From Octopus vulgaris (lineage: Eukaryota), in NCBI GenBank assembly GCA_951406725.2, contig OX597817.1:86614001-86678000 (forward strand): DNA of 64,000 nt, read 5' to 3'. Under the pieces are notes generated by a model, which had not been told where the DNA came from, did no database searches, and saw only the letters and a program-made list of their open reading frames with translations. Every line of letters starts with the position of its first letter. The first letter of the stretch is position 1. Made by a program: the position numbers and the translations under genes. This document shows, piece by piece, positions 1-13,425 of this stretch.

Positions 1-649
1 GTGGGTGTGTGCGTGTGTTTCTCGTTCTTTTCTGTTTCAAGAAAAAATTATTTTATTATATTTTATATCTTTATTGATGTTCATTTTTTTTCTTCTTCCT
101 CATCTTCATATTCAGAAAAAAAATAATAATAATAATGGCAAAGAAAAGCAAGGAATTTTTCATTTTGACTCTTATCGAGATATGTGTTCTTTAAAAACGG
201 CAGTGTTAAGGGATAAAAGCCTTGACATCAAGGTTCACATTTGACAGAAAAAAAATGTTAGCCTTCTTTTCTTTTTGCTTGCATATCCTGCTCCACCTAA
301 CTATTTGACATTCAACACAACGCCACTCGCTCTCGCAAGCATGGGGGCGGCGGTAATAATATGATGGCAGTGGTGATGATGATGATGATGATGATGGGAT
401 ATGTTGGTGGCAGTGATGGTGGGAGCACGAGCAGAGCGGGAAAGATCGGAGTAGGGGCCTTTGAAATGGGGGTGGAGAGTTTAAGATGAAAATATCGATA
501 AATACGTCAATTTCAAATATACCAAAAAGCTTGTTGGCATACAATTCTCTTTCTCTCTTTCTCTCCCTCACTCTCTATCTTTATCGCTCTCTCTTTCTTT
601 CTCTACATACACGCACACAAGCTCACACACACACACATGCTATATGTAC

Positions 650-688
<39 letters not shown>

Positions 689-916
689 CACACACTCACA
701 TATATATGAGTATATTTGATATATATGTATGTAAGCTATGTCCATGTATACATGCATGTTACAAGTATGTATGTTTGTATGTGTGTATTTGTATATACAT
801 CTGCATCTTGCTTTGTGTGCATATGGAGGAGTTGAATATGCACACATACAAATGTTTGTGTCTCTATGCATATGCATGCACATATATGCATACATGTGTG
901 TGTACGTATGTGTGTT

Positions 917-990
<74 letters not shown>

Positions 991-1052
991 TTTATTATAT
1001 AGAAGGAGCTTCTACAGGACTAGAACTGTTTCATTCAAGAGAAATCTTCAGG

Positions 1053-1702
1053 TCGCTACACCTGTAGCTAAAATCTTCTTCACTCTCCTACAGAAACACT
1101 TCCCCACCCAACATAAGTACTACACTATCCTAAATAAGAACACTATTAGACTCTCCTACTCTACCACGCCCAATCTAGCCAGGAACCTAGCCAACAACAA
1201 TGTGAAAAAACTTAACATATCTACTTTTTCCGAGGCCCATCCAACGTCCGATAGCAATTGCAACTGCCCTGATAAAACCACCTGCCCCCTCAACAACAAC
1301 TGCCTACAGAGGGACCTAGTATATACATGCGAGGTAAGATCAGGCCCTGACGATAAAAGAAAATCCTACATCGGAATGACGTCAAACAGCTTTAAGACAC
1401 GTTGGTACGCACACACACACTCGTTCCGGCGACCGGATAAATCCAACCAAACTACCCTCGCCGCCCACATCTGGTACCTTAAAAGGAACTCCATCCCCTT
1501 CAAGACCAAGTGGAAACTACTACAGAAGGCGCGTTCGTACACAGGAGGCCATACCTGCTGTGACCTTTGCATTTCGGAGAGCCTAGAGATCTTGTTCGCC
1601 AAAGGCCCTCTCCTTAACAAGATCTCAGAACACTCCCCAAATTGCATGCATAAGAATTATGCAAACTACAAGAACTATAGACCTACCCGGCAACCAGATT
1701 AA
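1053..1702 (+). pseudogene. PLE C-terminal region: RT thumb/linker, CxCx5Cx5C zinc motif and GIY-YIG endonuclease (uninterrupted frame, 5'-truncated, no RT core)
   Basis: Real part of ORF 866-1702: KHFP..NKNTIRLSYS, CNCPDKTTCPLNNNC, LVY..YIG, FKTRW..H, TTLAAHIW, CDLC..E. The N-terminal YIYI part is microsatellite. Confidence 0.9.
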
Positions 1703-1779
1703 TGACACCCCACCCACAAACCCCCCCCAATCCCACTGTTCCCCTAGCACCCCCGACTACCTTTTCTCCTAAGACCTTT

Positions 1780-1907
1780 CACATATTGTATGTGCACGCT
1801 TGTATATGTGTATCGTATATATGTATAGAAATGTATGGGTATAGTAGGAATATACGCATGTATTATGTGTGTGTGTGTGTGTATGTATGTAAAAAAATAT
1901 ATTTATA

Positions 1908-1954
<47 letters not shown>

Positions 1955-2236
1955 ATATATGTATATATGTGTGTATGCATATGTATGTGTATTTGTATGT
2001 GTGTATGTATGTGTATGTATATATAAAATATTATATAATTAGGGCTTAGTAAAATAAATTACTTTGCCACATACTGAACTTTCTAGAAATAGCAGCCAAA
2101 TAAGTTTTTTAGCCTTTTCCACTACTTAAAGAAAATTTTCTCTCAGACAATGTTTACTCAAAAAAATAATGGTCCTTTTACATACTGAATACTTGGTGAA
2201 ATTGATTAATAACTAATTAACTTTACCCTCAATTGT

Positions 2237-2316
<80 letters not shown>

Positions 2317-2437
2317 GTATGTGTATGTGTGTGTGTGTATATATATGTATATATGTATATATGTGTGCGTGTGTATATATATATATTTATTTTTATATAT
2401 ATATGTATATATATGTATATATATGTATATATATGTG

Positions 2438-2477
<40 letters not shown>

Positions 2478-2608
2478 TGTACGCGAGTATGTCGATGTAT
2501 ATGTAGGTATGTAGAGTTATGTGTATGTGCATGTATGTGTGTGTATATACAGATTGTAGATGGGTATATATATGTGTGTGTATATATACATATATATATG
2601 TATATATA

Positions 2609-2655
<47 letters not shown>

Positions 2656-2889
2656 GTGGGTATGTAGAGTTATACGTATGTGCATGTGTATATGTATATG
2701 TATATTATATGTATGTGTATGTGTATGTATGTACATAGATGTGTGTGTGTGTGTATGTGTGTATATGTATGTATATATGTATATATGTGTGAATGTGTAG
2801 GTGTGGGTATATATATATGTGTGTGTGTATGTATATATATATATGTATATATGTATATATGTATATATATATATATATATATGTGTGTG

Positions 2890-2920
<31 letters not shown>

Positions 2921-3009
2921 ATGTGAATATGTGTGTGTATGTGTACATATGTGTATGTGTGTATATATATGTGTGTATATGTATGTATATATATATATAT
3001 ATTTATATG

Positions 3010-3052
<43 letters not shown>

Positions 3053-3363
3053 AAGTGTGTGTATATATGTATATGTAAGTGTGTGAGTGTGTATGAGTAT
3101 GTATGTATGTTTGCACACATGTATATGTATATATATATATATATATATGTATGTGTATATGTGTGTGTATGTATGTGTGTATGTATATGTATGTGTGTGT
3201 GTGTATATATGTATGTGTGTGTGTGTATGTGTGTATATGTATATGTATGTGTATGTATGTGTATATGTATATATATGTATATGTGTATATATATATATAT
3301 ATATGTGTGTGTGTATGTGTATGTGTGTGTATGTATATGTATGTATATATGTGTGTATGTGTG

Positions 3364-3419
<56 letters not shown>

Positions 3420-3575
3420 TATGTATATATGCGTGTATGTATATGTATGTATGTATATATATGTGTGTGTATGTGTATGTGTATATGTACATATACGTGT
3501 ACGCTCGTGTGTTTAGGTATATGTAGGTACGTAGAGTTATGTGTATGTGTGTATGTATATGTACATATGTGTAAG

Positions 3576-3674
<99 letters not shown>

Positions 3675-4043
3675 AAGTTTATATGTATGTATCCGTCTGT
3701 ATAATAGGTAACTGCACGTGTATATATACTTAATATTTATTATTTATTATTTATTATTTATTTTTTGAGTATGCATGTATGAATAACTGCATGTATATAT
3801 ATTTTATTACTTATTTTTGAGTATGCATGTAAGTATGAACATAAGGAGTGGCGTGTGTGTGTGTGTATGTGTAAGCATAGATATATGTATACATTTACGC
3901 ATGTGTGTACTTATGTGTATATATGGATGCGCGTGTGTGTGTGTGTGTGTATGGGTACGCATGTATATGTGCATGTGCGTGTATGTGTATATGTGTATGT
4001 ATGTGTGTGTGTATATATGTATATGTATGTATGTATATGTATG

Positions 4044-4096
<53 letters not shown>

Positions 4097-4724
4097 ATGT
4101 ATATGTGTATGTGTATGTATTTGTATGTGTATGCATGCGCGTATATGTATGTATATGTATACGTGTAGGTGTGTGTATGTGTGTATATATGTATGTATGT
4201 ATGGGTGTATGTATGTATGTATGTATGTATGTATGCGGATATGTATATATATATATATATATGTGTGTGTGTATGTGTATGTATATGTGTGTGTATATAA
4301 ATGTATGTATGTATTTGTATGTAGGTGTATATGTATGTGTGTATATATATTTATTGGTGTATATGTATAGACTAGTCTTCTAAGATTGTAGACATGAATC
4401 TGTAGGTACGCGTACGTATGTGTATATACGTGTATGTATATAGATGTATGTATGTATGAATATAACGCGTGCGTGCGTGTATGTGTATGAGTGTACGAAT
4501 GAGTGAGTGTGCGTGCTAATGAGTGTGCGTGCGTGAGTGAGTGCTTGTGCTCAAGTAGAAAGATAAAAGGGACTAGCTGTCGTAGCCAAGATGCTTGTGA
4601 CCAGCGGTCAAAGATAACAAAAGTAATAAATGAAGATAATAAAATTAAAATTAGGGAATGGGTTTGTATTTGTATGTATATATATGTGTGTATGTGTAGG
4701 TATGAATAGGTACACATATGTATG

Positions 4725-4762
<38 letters not shown>

Positions 4763-5013
4763 TGTGTATATGTATATATGAGTATATAGGGACTTGTGTG
4801 TTGTGTGTGCATGTGTGTATGTGGATATATGTGTGTGTATGTGTGTATGTGTATGTGTGTGTATGTATATAATTTTTTTGTGTGTATGTGTATGTGTGGT
4901 CGTGTGTGTGTATATATACATGTGTGTGTGTATATGTATATGCATGTATATGTGTATGTATATATATATATACATATATATATATATTTATATGTAGATA
5001 TGTGTATGTATAT

Positions 5014-5063
<50 letters not shown>

Positions 5064-5140
5064 GTGTGTGTGTATGTATGTGTGTATGTATATGTGTGTG
5101 TGTGTGTATATATATGTATACATATGTGTATAGGTATAAG
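1780..5140. repeat. 3.4-kb compound (TA)/(TG)/(TATG) microsatellite field inside the PLE
   Basis: Seen directly; a few unique islands (2037-2237, 4550-4660). Confidence 0.95.
2037..2237. repeat. pLTR-like repeat fragment inserted in (TA)n
   Basis: Shares the AAATAGCAGCC motif and AGGG/CCCT ends with fragments at 6521-6810 and 48910-49200. Confidence 0.45.
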
Positions 5141-5361
5141 TGAGATTTTCCTTATTTACCTAAAACTCTATTCCTCTATATATTTTTTATTCTTCTTTTT
5201 TTTATTCTTTTATTTATTCTTCTATCTAATTTACCACTGACTCCTTGACCACTCCCCCAAGTATGATTTTTTTTGCGCTATGCCTACCCCCAAAAAGTCC
5301 CCCACCACCACCCCTTTAAACCTGCCTAAATGTATAAATGCCAATACAATTCTTGTTAACT

Positions 5362-5412
5362 AGCTTCCTGAAGATTTCTCTTGAATGAAACAGTTCTCGT
5401 CCTGTAGAAGCT
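5362..5412 (+). ncRNA. Type I hammerhead ribozyme (PLE pLTR)
   Basis: AGCTTC-CTGAAGA-tTTCtcttGAAt-GAAA-CAGttctcgtcCTG-TA-GAAGCT; stems I and III pair, GUA triplet. Confidence 0.85.
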
Positions 5413-5495
5413 CCTTCTATATAATAAATTAATTTTACTCTGCTATGTATTGAGTACCTTATTTACTGTGGTTAACCCCGAATCAACCCGGGACC

Positions 5496-5548
<53 letters not shown>

Positions 5549-5965
5549 ACGCACAAACACTCACACGTACACTCACATTCTCATACACACATACACACTC
5601 AGGCGTTCGCCTGTAGAAGACCATCGAATGACAGAGTCGTGAAAGCTTTGGATTAAATACGTCGCAATATTTAACTTTCTGTATCCTTACTTAACGGTTT
5701 CAAGTGCCGCCAAAGTCTACTCTGCATTATATCTTCTCAGGTGTGATAAAATATAAACCCACACAGATAACGCTGTCCTTTTTCACTCTAGCCATCATAT
5801 CCAAAGTTTTCTTCCAGATTAAAAAAGAAGTTGGTGCGAAGCTGTGCACGAAAAGTATAGCTTCATATCAGAAGCTGACCGCGACTCCAGTACATGTTGA
5901 AACTAAGTCACCGTCAACAGCGAGTGATAGGTGTAGAAATTTGCACATACGAAAATATATACAGC

Positions 5966-6284
5966 TGTGAGCCCAGTACTTATTCTATCGGTCTCTTTTG
6001 CCGAACCGCTAAGTGACGGGGTCATAAACACACCAGCATCGGTTGTCAAGCAATGCTAGGGGAACAAACACAGACACACAAACATACACGCAAACACACA
6101 CATATATATATACATATATACGACGGGCTTCTTTCAGTTTCCGTCAACCGAATCCACTCACAAGGCTTTGGTCGGCCCAAGACTATAGTAGAAGACACTT
6201 GCCCAAGGTGCCACGCAGTGGGACTGAACCCGGAACCATGTGGTTGGTAAGCAAGCTACTTACCACACAGCCACTCCTGCGCCT
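5966..6284 (-). mobile_element. tRNA-derived SINE family A
   Basis: Minus-strand head AGGCGCAGGAGTGGCTGTGTGG (A box) and GGTTCAGTCCC (B box); near-identical to many other copies in the window. Confidence 0.9.
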
Positions 6285-6295
6285 ATATACTTTTT

Positions 6296-6510
6296 TTAAT
6301 TGCTTTAGTCATTAGACTGCGGCCATACTGGGGCGCCATCTTGAAGAGTCTTTAGTCGAATGAATCGACCCAAGAATTTTTTTTAAAAAAACCTGGTATT
6401 TATTCTATCGTTTCCTTTTGTCGAACCGTCAAGTTACGGGGACGTAAACACAACACCGGTTGTCAAGCGGTGTTGGGAACGAAACACAGACAGAAAGACA
6501 CACACACACA
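6296..6510 (-). mobile_element. SINE family A 3' portion (diverged)
   Basis: GACTGCGGCCAT..CGAACCG..GGGGACGTAAACAC blocks. Confidence 0.75.
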
Positions 6511-6520
6511 CTATATATAG

Positions 6521-6807
6521 ATAATTTAGCAAATTATCTATTAAAAGATGGCAAGCGATATTATTTACTAAAGAAATCTGAAACCATGGTATAACCGTTA
6601 TATAACAAGGTAAAGGTTTTTATTTTTCATTTACTTCGAAATTTGCTATAAAATTGTGGTTTTTGGCCGTGTTGGCTGCTATCTCTAACATGTAAAATTA
6701 CCTGTTAAAGGGTAATTTTCTATTTTGAAATACGAATATGTTGTCTATTGACTTTTTATACATACTAGGCCACTGGTGGTGATATTTATAACGAGTATTC
6801 GCCACCC

Positions 6808-6810
<3 letters not shown>
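6521..6810 (+). repeat. pLTR-like fragment with the 3' half of an HHR (GAAA-CCATGG-TA)
   Basis: Homologous to the 55346-55944 family (TTTTCATT, GCTG..CT, CTATTGACT, TAGGCCACTGGT, ACCCT); lies in (TA)n. Confidence 0.6.
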
Positions 6811-6840
<30 letters not shown>

Positions 6841-6965
6841 ATATACATACATATATATATGTATATATGTATATATACATATATATGTGTGTATATGTAT
6901 ATATACAGATATATGTGTGTATATGTATATACATGCATATATGTATATATACATATATATATCCA

Positions 6966-7162
6966 TTTACTCTTTTATTTGACTGTCGCCATGCTAGAGC
7001 ACCGCTTTTAGTCGAAGAAATTGACCCCAGGACTTATTTTTTGTAAGCCTAGTACTTGTTCTATCGGTGTCTTTCGCCGAACAGCTAAGTTACGGGGACG
7101 CAAACATACCAGCATCGGTTGTCAAGCGATGTTGGGGGACAAACACAGACACACAAACATAT

Positions 7163-7243
<81 letters not shown>

Positions 7244-7362
7244 TATATATATACATATATATACATATACATATATTCATATATATATATATACATATAT
7301 ATATACATACATATATATATATACATATATATACATACATATATACATATATATATACATAC

Positions 7363-7398
<36 letters not shown>

Positions 7399-7551
7399 GA
7401 CGTGCTTCTTACCGTTTTCGTCTACCTAATCCACTCACAAGGCTTTGATCGGCCCGGGGCTATAGTAGAAGACACTTACCTAAGGTACCATGCAGTGGGA
7501 CTGAACCCGGAACCATGTAGCTGGTAATCAATTTACTTACAACACAGCCAT
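6966..7551 (-). mobile_element. SINE family A with expanded internal (TA)n
   Basis: Collinear with the other copies. Confidence 0.88.
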
Positions 7552-7554
7552 ATT

Positions 7555-7614
<60 letters not shown>

Positions 7615-8923
7615 CAAATGTCCTTCTTTTCAGACTTCTAGTTCGCCCTTGTTTCAAATGTTCTGTGTAATAGAAAGCTTTTCTTTCATAAGTCCCAAGT
7701 TACTCTGGTGGCTGAAAAACAAAAAGGAGACATCTGTCATATGTGATGCATGAACGCCAGAGAAATATGTCCTCTGTATTAGATGTGATAAACAGAACAA
7801 GCAAAAAGTTAAAGTTTATCTGAGATTAACTCGCCTTTTAGATCGATAAAATAGATGCCAGTGCTGTACTGGAAATTATTTAAAGCGGAAATTCCTACAT
7901 CGGTAAAAATAAAATGGCCTTCAGCCGCAAGAAAAAACATCAATGAGGATTTTCTTTACGTTTCCCAGATATGAAGGTAATATAAGAACAAGAAACATGA
8001 AGTTGATAATTCCGCGGTTTTAAAGAGTGTAATGTTTGAAAAATGTACAAAATATGAACTATTTCTCTTGAATGAATGTTATCCAAGATCGCTGGGGAAT
8101 CAAATAAGATTTAGTCTTGAAAAGAAATATAAAAATATTGTTTCCTGGATACAGCCTTTAAAGAGTTCCAACCTATAATGGAACATATATGGTATTTTTG
8201 AAGCAAATTAATAGAGCGTGTTATGGAAGCGAAAGCCAATGCTGTTTTAGTGTCTTTATTAAAAAGACGTACTCTAAATAATTAGTATATTTGGTGGTAG
8301 GGAGGATTTTCTTGTTTTCATCTTTTTCTGTTAGGTAGGAATGACTGCTAAAAGTGAAAAGGTGTCTGATTTTAAGGCAATTGGAGAGATTTTCAAAGGG
8401 AGCTGTGAGTGAATGAATGATAGCATATGTCGACAGAAAACGTCAAAAGCTGTCTGGATAGAGTATGGTAGGGTGGCGTGTATGAGGATGATATATATAT
8501 AAAATTAAGTATTTGTTTTTGGTCGGAGAGAACATAAAAAGAATCGGAGCCATAAATCTACGGATATATTTAGGATATTTATGCAGTACAGATAGCATGA
8601 ATTTAATTAGTTTTCTTTTGTTTTTTTTTTTTGCTTTTTTTTAAGTTCATGGAGAGAGACATTGACTTGAAATTAGAATTGAGAGACTGAAATGATAACT
8701 GGCCAGTCATTAGATATAAGTTGTATGAAAGACATTATCCGTATGTATGTATGTGTGTGCGAGAGAGTTGGAGAGATACTCTGTGCGTGCGTGTATGCGT
8801 GCGTGAGTCTAAGTGTTTCTGTCACTCATCTGTATCGATATATCATCTTCACTTTATGAATCACCACCATCATCATAGTCATCAACACCGCCACTACCAC
8901 CGCCGCCATCATCATCATCATCG

Positions 8924-8958
<35 letters not shown>

Positions 8959-9231
8959 TCCTACACAGTATTTTAAAAAGAATCCAAGTAATAACACAAG
9001 AATTTTTTTTTTTTTTTAGCTTCTGAACTTTACCGAAATTTTTCAATGAATATCGAGAAAATGCGAGACTTGCCATAGTTTTGGTAGCAAGAACTTTCGT
9101 CTGATCAAGAGGAACGAATGCTCTGGTGTATCTAGCTCTATTTTTTACTTTTATTTTATAAAACTGTGTAATGGCGATTGAGCATCTAATCTATGTAAGG
9201 AACGAAGACCAATATATACCGCCAGTAGCTA

Positions 9232-9310
9232 GGGGTTGCTTAACTTAATGGTACAGAGCGCTCAGCCAGAACTGGAGAGGTACAGGTTTCAATTATCTGT
9301 AGCGGCTTGC
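9232..9310 (+). repeat. tRNA-like repeat head or tRNA pseudogene
   Basis: TAACTTAATGGT A box and GTTTCAATT B-box-like; homologous to 31702-31776. Confidence 0.5.
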
Positions 9311-9431
9311 TTGCCATGTTTTTATTATTATTATCTCTTTATCACAGGTTTTGTTGGAGTTCCTGTAGTCTCGCATGCGCAGCGGGCTTACTACCTGCAG
9401 CCTACGGTACCATACTATTCGTTGTTTTCAT

Positions 9432-9740
9432 CTAGCTAATACTGTCCTGATTATTTTGGCAAACATTTTGTAACAGTTCTACTGGGCACTCTATTCCGAT
9501 TTCCTTTATATTCCTCTTGATGCCTTCTGATACTGTTCCCAAGGCTCCAACAATAATTGGCACTATCTTCACCTTCGGGCTATTTCGTAGAGTTGTATCT
9601 ATCTTTTCGCCTTCCTTCTTGACTATTCGTGGGTCAAAGGGACATGCAACATCAACTATATAGCATATGTGGTGCTCCTTGGCCACCACCACAGGGTCCA
9701 GTCTTTTATGCTCAAGCACCTGATCAGTTTGGATCGCGAA
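9432..9740 (-). pseudogene. Restriction-enzyme-like endonuclease C-terminus of an R4/Dong-type non-LTR retrotransposon
   Basis: IQTD..(RPD-like)VVV.K..CYIVDVACPFD..KEGEK..VPIIVGALG. Confidence 0.8.
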
Positions 9741-10909
9741 CAAACGGCAAAAATAATGATGATTATGATGTCATTCCTCAAATTAATTAATCCTCTATGT
9801 ACGAGAATCGTATTGACTTGTGTTTTAAGATCTCTCAATAAATTTTATCTTAAGAATTATTTTGTAGCAAAACTAAATATCTAGGGGTTCTTCCTCGTAT
9901 GAGAACTGACCACCTCGTAATTAAATGTGTTTAGATATACAGAATTCATTAACTCATTTGCTGTATGATGCTTTAACTTCGTTTTTTTCTTCTTTTTTTT
10001 TAAAGAAAATATGATTTATTAAATGTGAAGCGATTCTGTAACTTACTAAGGGATTTGCCGATAAAGAAGCAAATGACACGTAACAGCTTTATGTCAAATC
10101 TTAGAAGGAAGTAGTGAAAGATAAGGAAACAGAGCTATAACTGTCTTCCTTTCTATATTTAATTGATTACCATAGAAAGATGTACGCTTCAGACAGAAAT
10201 TAAGATAACCTCAGATTCTCAGGATGACTAAGCTCTTTCTACGGATCGTCGACAACATGCAGCTACTTCCATGCTTCAGTGCCTGGCAACAAACCTCACA
10301 TTTAGAATACCAAAGAAGCGAGATAAAGTGGTACACTTTTCTAGTAGGCGTCCCATATATTGTTATGAAATATTAAAGGTGTTTCTAGGTGAAATTGGTA
10401 GTTTCCTAAATAATTAAATCTAAAGTAATTGTATGACAGAGTTCTATAATACATACAGTATGTATGAGTGAATACTGAGGTATTTGGGATATAACACCGA
10501 TAGAAAACAATAAGCAAATACTGAAAAATTTTTAAGCCGTTCCCTTAAACAAGTGAGCCAACTGTAAAGATCATAAATTTGGATGTAAGCTGCCAAGAGC
10601 CTAACATGCAACGCGTTTTTGTTTAACAGTTGACAGTAGTGTGCTTTAAATACCACTTCCCTCAAGTCATATCATACTCTTTTAATGAACTTATTGAAAA
10701 CAATGGCTTTAAACTATGTCTAAAAAACAGAATGGTCAAAGCTGGATCATAGATTCGCTTGGTCAAGGCTGGTCTGTGGTTACTCAATAAGAAACAATGC
10801 TGTTAATGGTTGGAGAGAGCATAAATGTCAAGGTCTTACTTTCCATTGAAATGTGTCTTAATTTTTCTTTAAAATGTTTCCGAATCATTTCACAAGTCAG
10901 AAGTAAATC

Positions 10910-11035
10910 TTGGTTTCAATTTCGGAGAAGGGGTTAAGCCGATTACATGGGCTCCAAATCTCAACTGGGGATTATTTTATCGACCCTGAATGGATGAAAG
11001 GTAAAGTCGACCTCGGATGAATTTGAACTCAGAAA
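10910..11035 (-). mobile_element. SINE family B (Nin-domain-like) fragment
   Basis: Reverse complement of GAGGTCGACTTT.CCTTTCATCC..GGGTCGATAAA. Confidence 0.75.
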
Positions 11036-11075
11036 AGTCAGAAGTAAATATTGAAAATGCTTGAACACCCTCTCA

Positions 11076-11390
11076 GCGTGGCACCTTGGGCAGATACCTC
11101 CTACTATAGCCCCGGGTCGACCAAAGCCTTCTGAGTGGATTTGGTAGATGGAAACTGAAAGAATCCCGTCGTATGTGTGTGTCTGTGTATGTATGTCTAT
11201 GTTTGTCCCCAACCATCGATTTACAACCGGTGTTGGTGTGTTTACGTCTTCGTAACCTAGCGGTTTGGCAAAAAGATAAGTACCAGGCTTTAAAAATTAA
11301 GTACTTAATCGATCCATTTGACTAAAGATTCTTCAAGGTAGTGCCCCAGCATGGCCGCAGTCTAAATGACTGAAACAAGTAAAAAAAAAA
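11076..11390 (+). mobile_element. SINE family A, head-truncated
   Basis: GCGTGGCACCTTGGGCA..CCAGCATGGCCGCAGTC..GACTGAAACAAGTAAAA. Confidence 0.85.
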
Positions 11391-12151
11391 GAGATAACAG
11401 AATGGCAAAAACTATACAATGCAACTTTAAATGTTGTTTAAGCACAAGAGTATTGAGCAAAGAAGCGAAGAATTAACTCTACATGCCTGGCACGGCGTTG
11501 AGTTCAGGTATAGACACTTTACAATTGCTGGCCGCGCTAAAAGGTTGTAAACAATTATCATGGGGAGGTACAGCATTCAGCTATATGTAGCAGCATTAAT
11601 GTTTAAGGGACGAGTATTGTACCAGTTTATTGTACCATATTAGTAGTTCCCAACGTGTGGTATGCAATATGGAGAATCAATGCATAATATTTCAGATTTT
11701 ACTGATGTCAGTAAATCCAGTAGTTGCTTCAGACTAAAGTCTGTTGATGGACAGGGGTCAATCAATGGCCAGACCCACACAAATTTCCTCGGATTTGGAT
11801 TTTTTTACGTGTAAAATATTTAGCTTCGCGTAAAGCTGTGTGCCTAAACCTAGTCCCAATAGCGAACTATAAAAACTTTCTGTTGACTCTGAGCTGGCAT
11901 ACTTAAGGTCAGTATTGTCCGCTACTAACATTAGGTAGCGTAGCCAGGGGTAAACTTGAAAATGATATGGTGGACATGGTTGGAATGCCTTTTAATACAG
12001 ATCAGCTGAATCAGGACTAACTTGGGACTAAACAGCAACAACAATAACCATAACAATGTCCTTGAAACTGACAAAGGAATCGATAATGAATACATATTAA
12101 CAATTTGGTTTAAATTCATAATCGATATTATTACTTGCTCATATATATTCT

Positions 12152-12240
12152 TAATTACTGATTTCTAATTACACATCTGTAATTACACACACTCAATTAC
12201 GTATCCTTAATTACAGCTTCTTAATTACACGTTCCTAATT
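12152..12240. repeat. Seven AATT(AC) cores (consensus TAATTAC) at an exact 14-bp period
   Basis: Cores start at 12152, 12166, 12180, 12194, 12208, 12222 and 12236, with variable spacers. Confidence 0.8.
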
Positions 12241-12412
12241 CCAAAGCCTACACCGGATAATCAGACAACTGCAATCAGGAATTCTGTATTTGATTTCGCG
12301 ATTTTCCAAAGAATACCAACTTGGATTGTCATTTAGTCATTCATTTCTAGTTTGGAAGAGGGCGTCATACGCAGTATGATATGCATGTGTGTGTGCGCGC
12401 ACGCGCATGAGA

Positions 12413-12670
12413 GTGCGGGGCTTAGTGATAAGGGTGTTGCACTCACAATCGCAAGATCGTGGTCTCGATTCCTAGTCTGGCGATGAGTGGTGCTCTTCAT
12501 TTCACGTTGCTCCAGTCCACTGAGCTATAAATGTGTAATCCTGCGACGGACTGGCATCCCATTCATGAGACGTTGGTCCACCCGCATCATTCCATATCTT
12601 CAATAATGCGTGAAAGCGCATTGTCATCAGCGGTGTACTACCACATCCAAAAGTCTAGTTAATACAATGA
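12413..12670 (+). mobile_element. tRNA-headed SINE family C, diverged
   Basis: GGCTTAGTGATAAGGG..TCGATTCC head and ATTTCACGTTGCTCCAGTCCACT core. Confidence 0.7.
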
Positions 12671-13344
12671 TATATATATATATATATTAGTTAAATTAAT
12701 TTCAATCGTGTTTTGTTTCCGAAAAAAATGTATAAGGTTTGAACTTCATTATAGTAGTATCTATGGAAAACCGGTGGGATTATTATTTATATGGACTTAA
12801 AGATGGATCGCGATTTAGCATATAATTTAGTTATTGCAGTTTACTATTTATACCGATACAATGTACATTGTTGTAGTTTTAGTAAAGTTAGTGCTTAATC
12901 CTATCTATATATTGATTGATTGAAATAATGTGGTTATTAAGCTTTACTTTTATATTACACTACGAAAGACGATAGGGATTATAATTTTTTCTGACTTAAT
13001 AGAGTTGTCGCTGTTTAGTTACGTATTCAGAAATGGCTGCAATTTACTTATGGAATTTATTTATCGATACGGTTGTACATTGGGTAAATGTATTTGAAAG
13101 TTGTGGTTTCTTCGGTTTGTTTGTTCCCAAACAACACTTATTTTAGTGCTATTTAGTGCTATTTTAGTGCTATTGACACCACTGGATTGAATGGTACTGC
13201 CCAGGTGTCGAAACCATAATGATATCTGTAGGGCAGCTGGTGATAGAGATATGTCGGATTGTTGGTATGGCTGTGGAATAGTATCATAACACATCCTTTT
13301 GATATATATATATATACATGCATGTATGTATGTATGTATGCATG

Positions 13345-13425
<81 letters not shown>

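Larger units (their letters stand above)
991..5499 (+). mobile_element. 5'-truncated Penelope-like retroelement (Naiad-type) with an inverted pLTR fragment at its 5' end, inserted in (TA)n
   Basis: GIY-YIG ORF at 1053-1702. The 3' pLTR has TATAAA (~5333), an HHR (5362-5412), AATAAA (5423-5428) and a ~70-bp tail. 991-1052 is the reverse complement of 5367-5428 with 1 mismatch. (TA)n lies on both sides. Confidence 0.88.

Noticed and set aside
486-5240. Dozens of long YI/VC/HT-rich ORFs (also at 7.0k, 16k, 31k, 46k, 56k and 63k)
   Set aside because: They are translations of (TA)n/(TG)n/(TATG)n, which lack stop codons. They are not genes.
6043-6315. Recurrent ORF '[29 protein letters not shown]' in many places
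   Set aside because: It is the antisense translation of SINE family A, not a protein family.
7990-8660. Possible LINE endonuclease remnant on the minus strand (similar impression at 44670-45100)
   Set aside because: Too decayed; no motif could be read with confidence.
8721-9026. His-rich ORF
   Set aside because: It derives from a (CAT)n/(CAC)n microsatellite.
12152-12240. CRISPR-like repeat/spacer appearance
   Set aside because: 7-bp repeats and 7-bp spacers in eukaryotic DNA with no cas genes; far too short for a CRISPR array.
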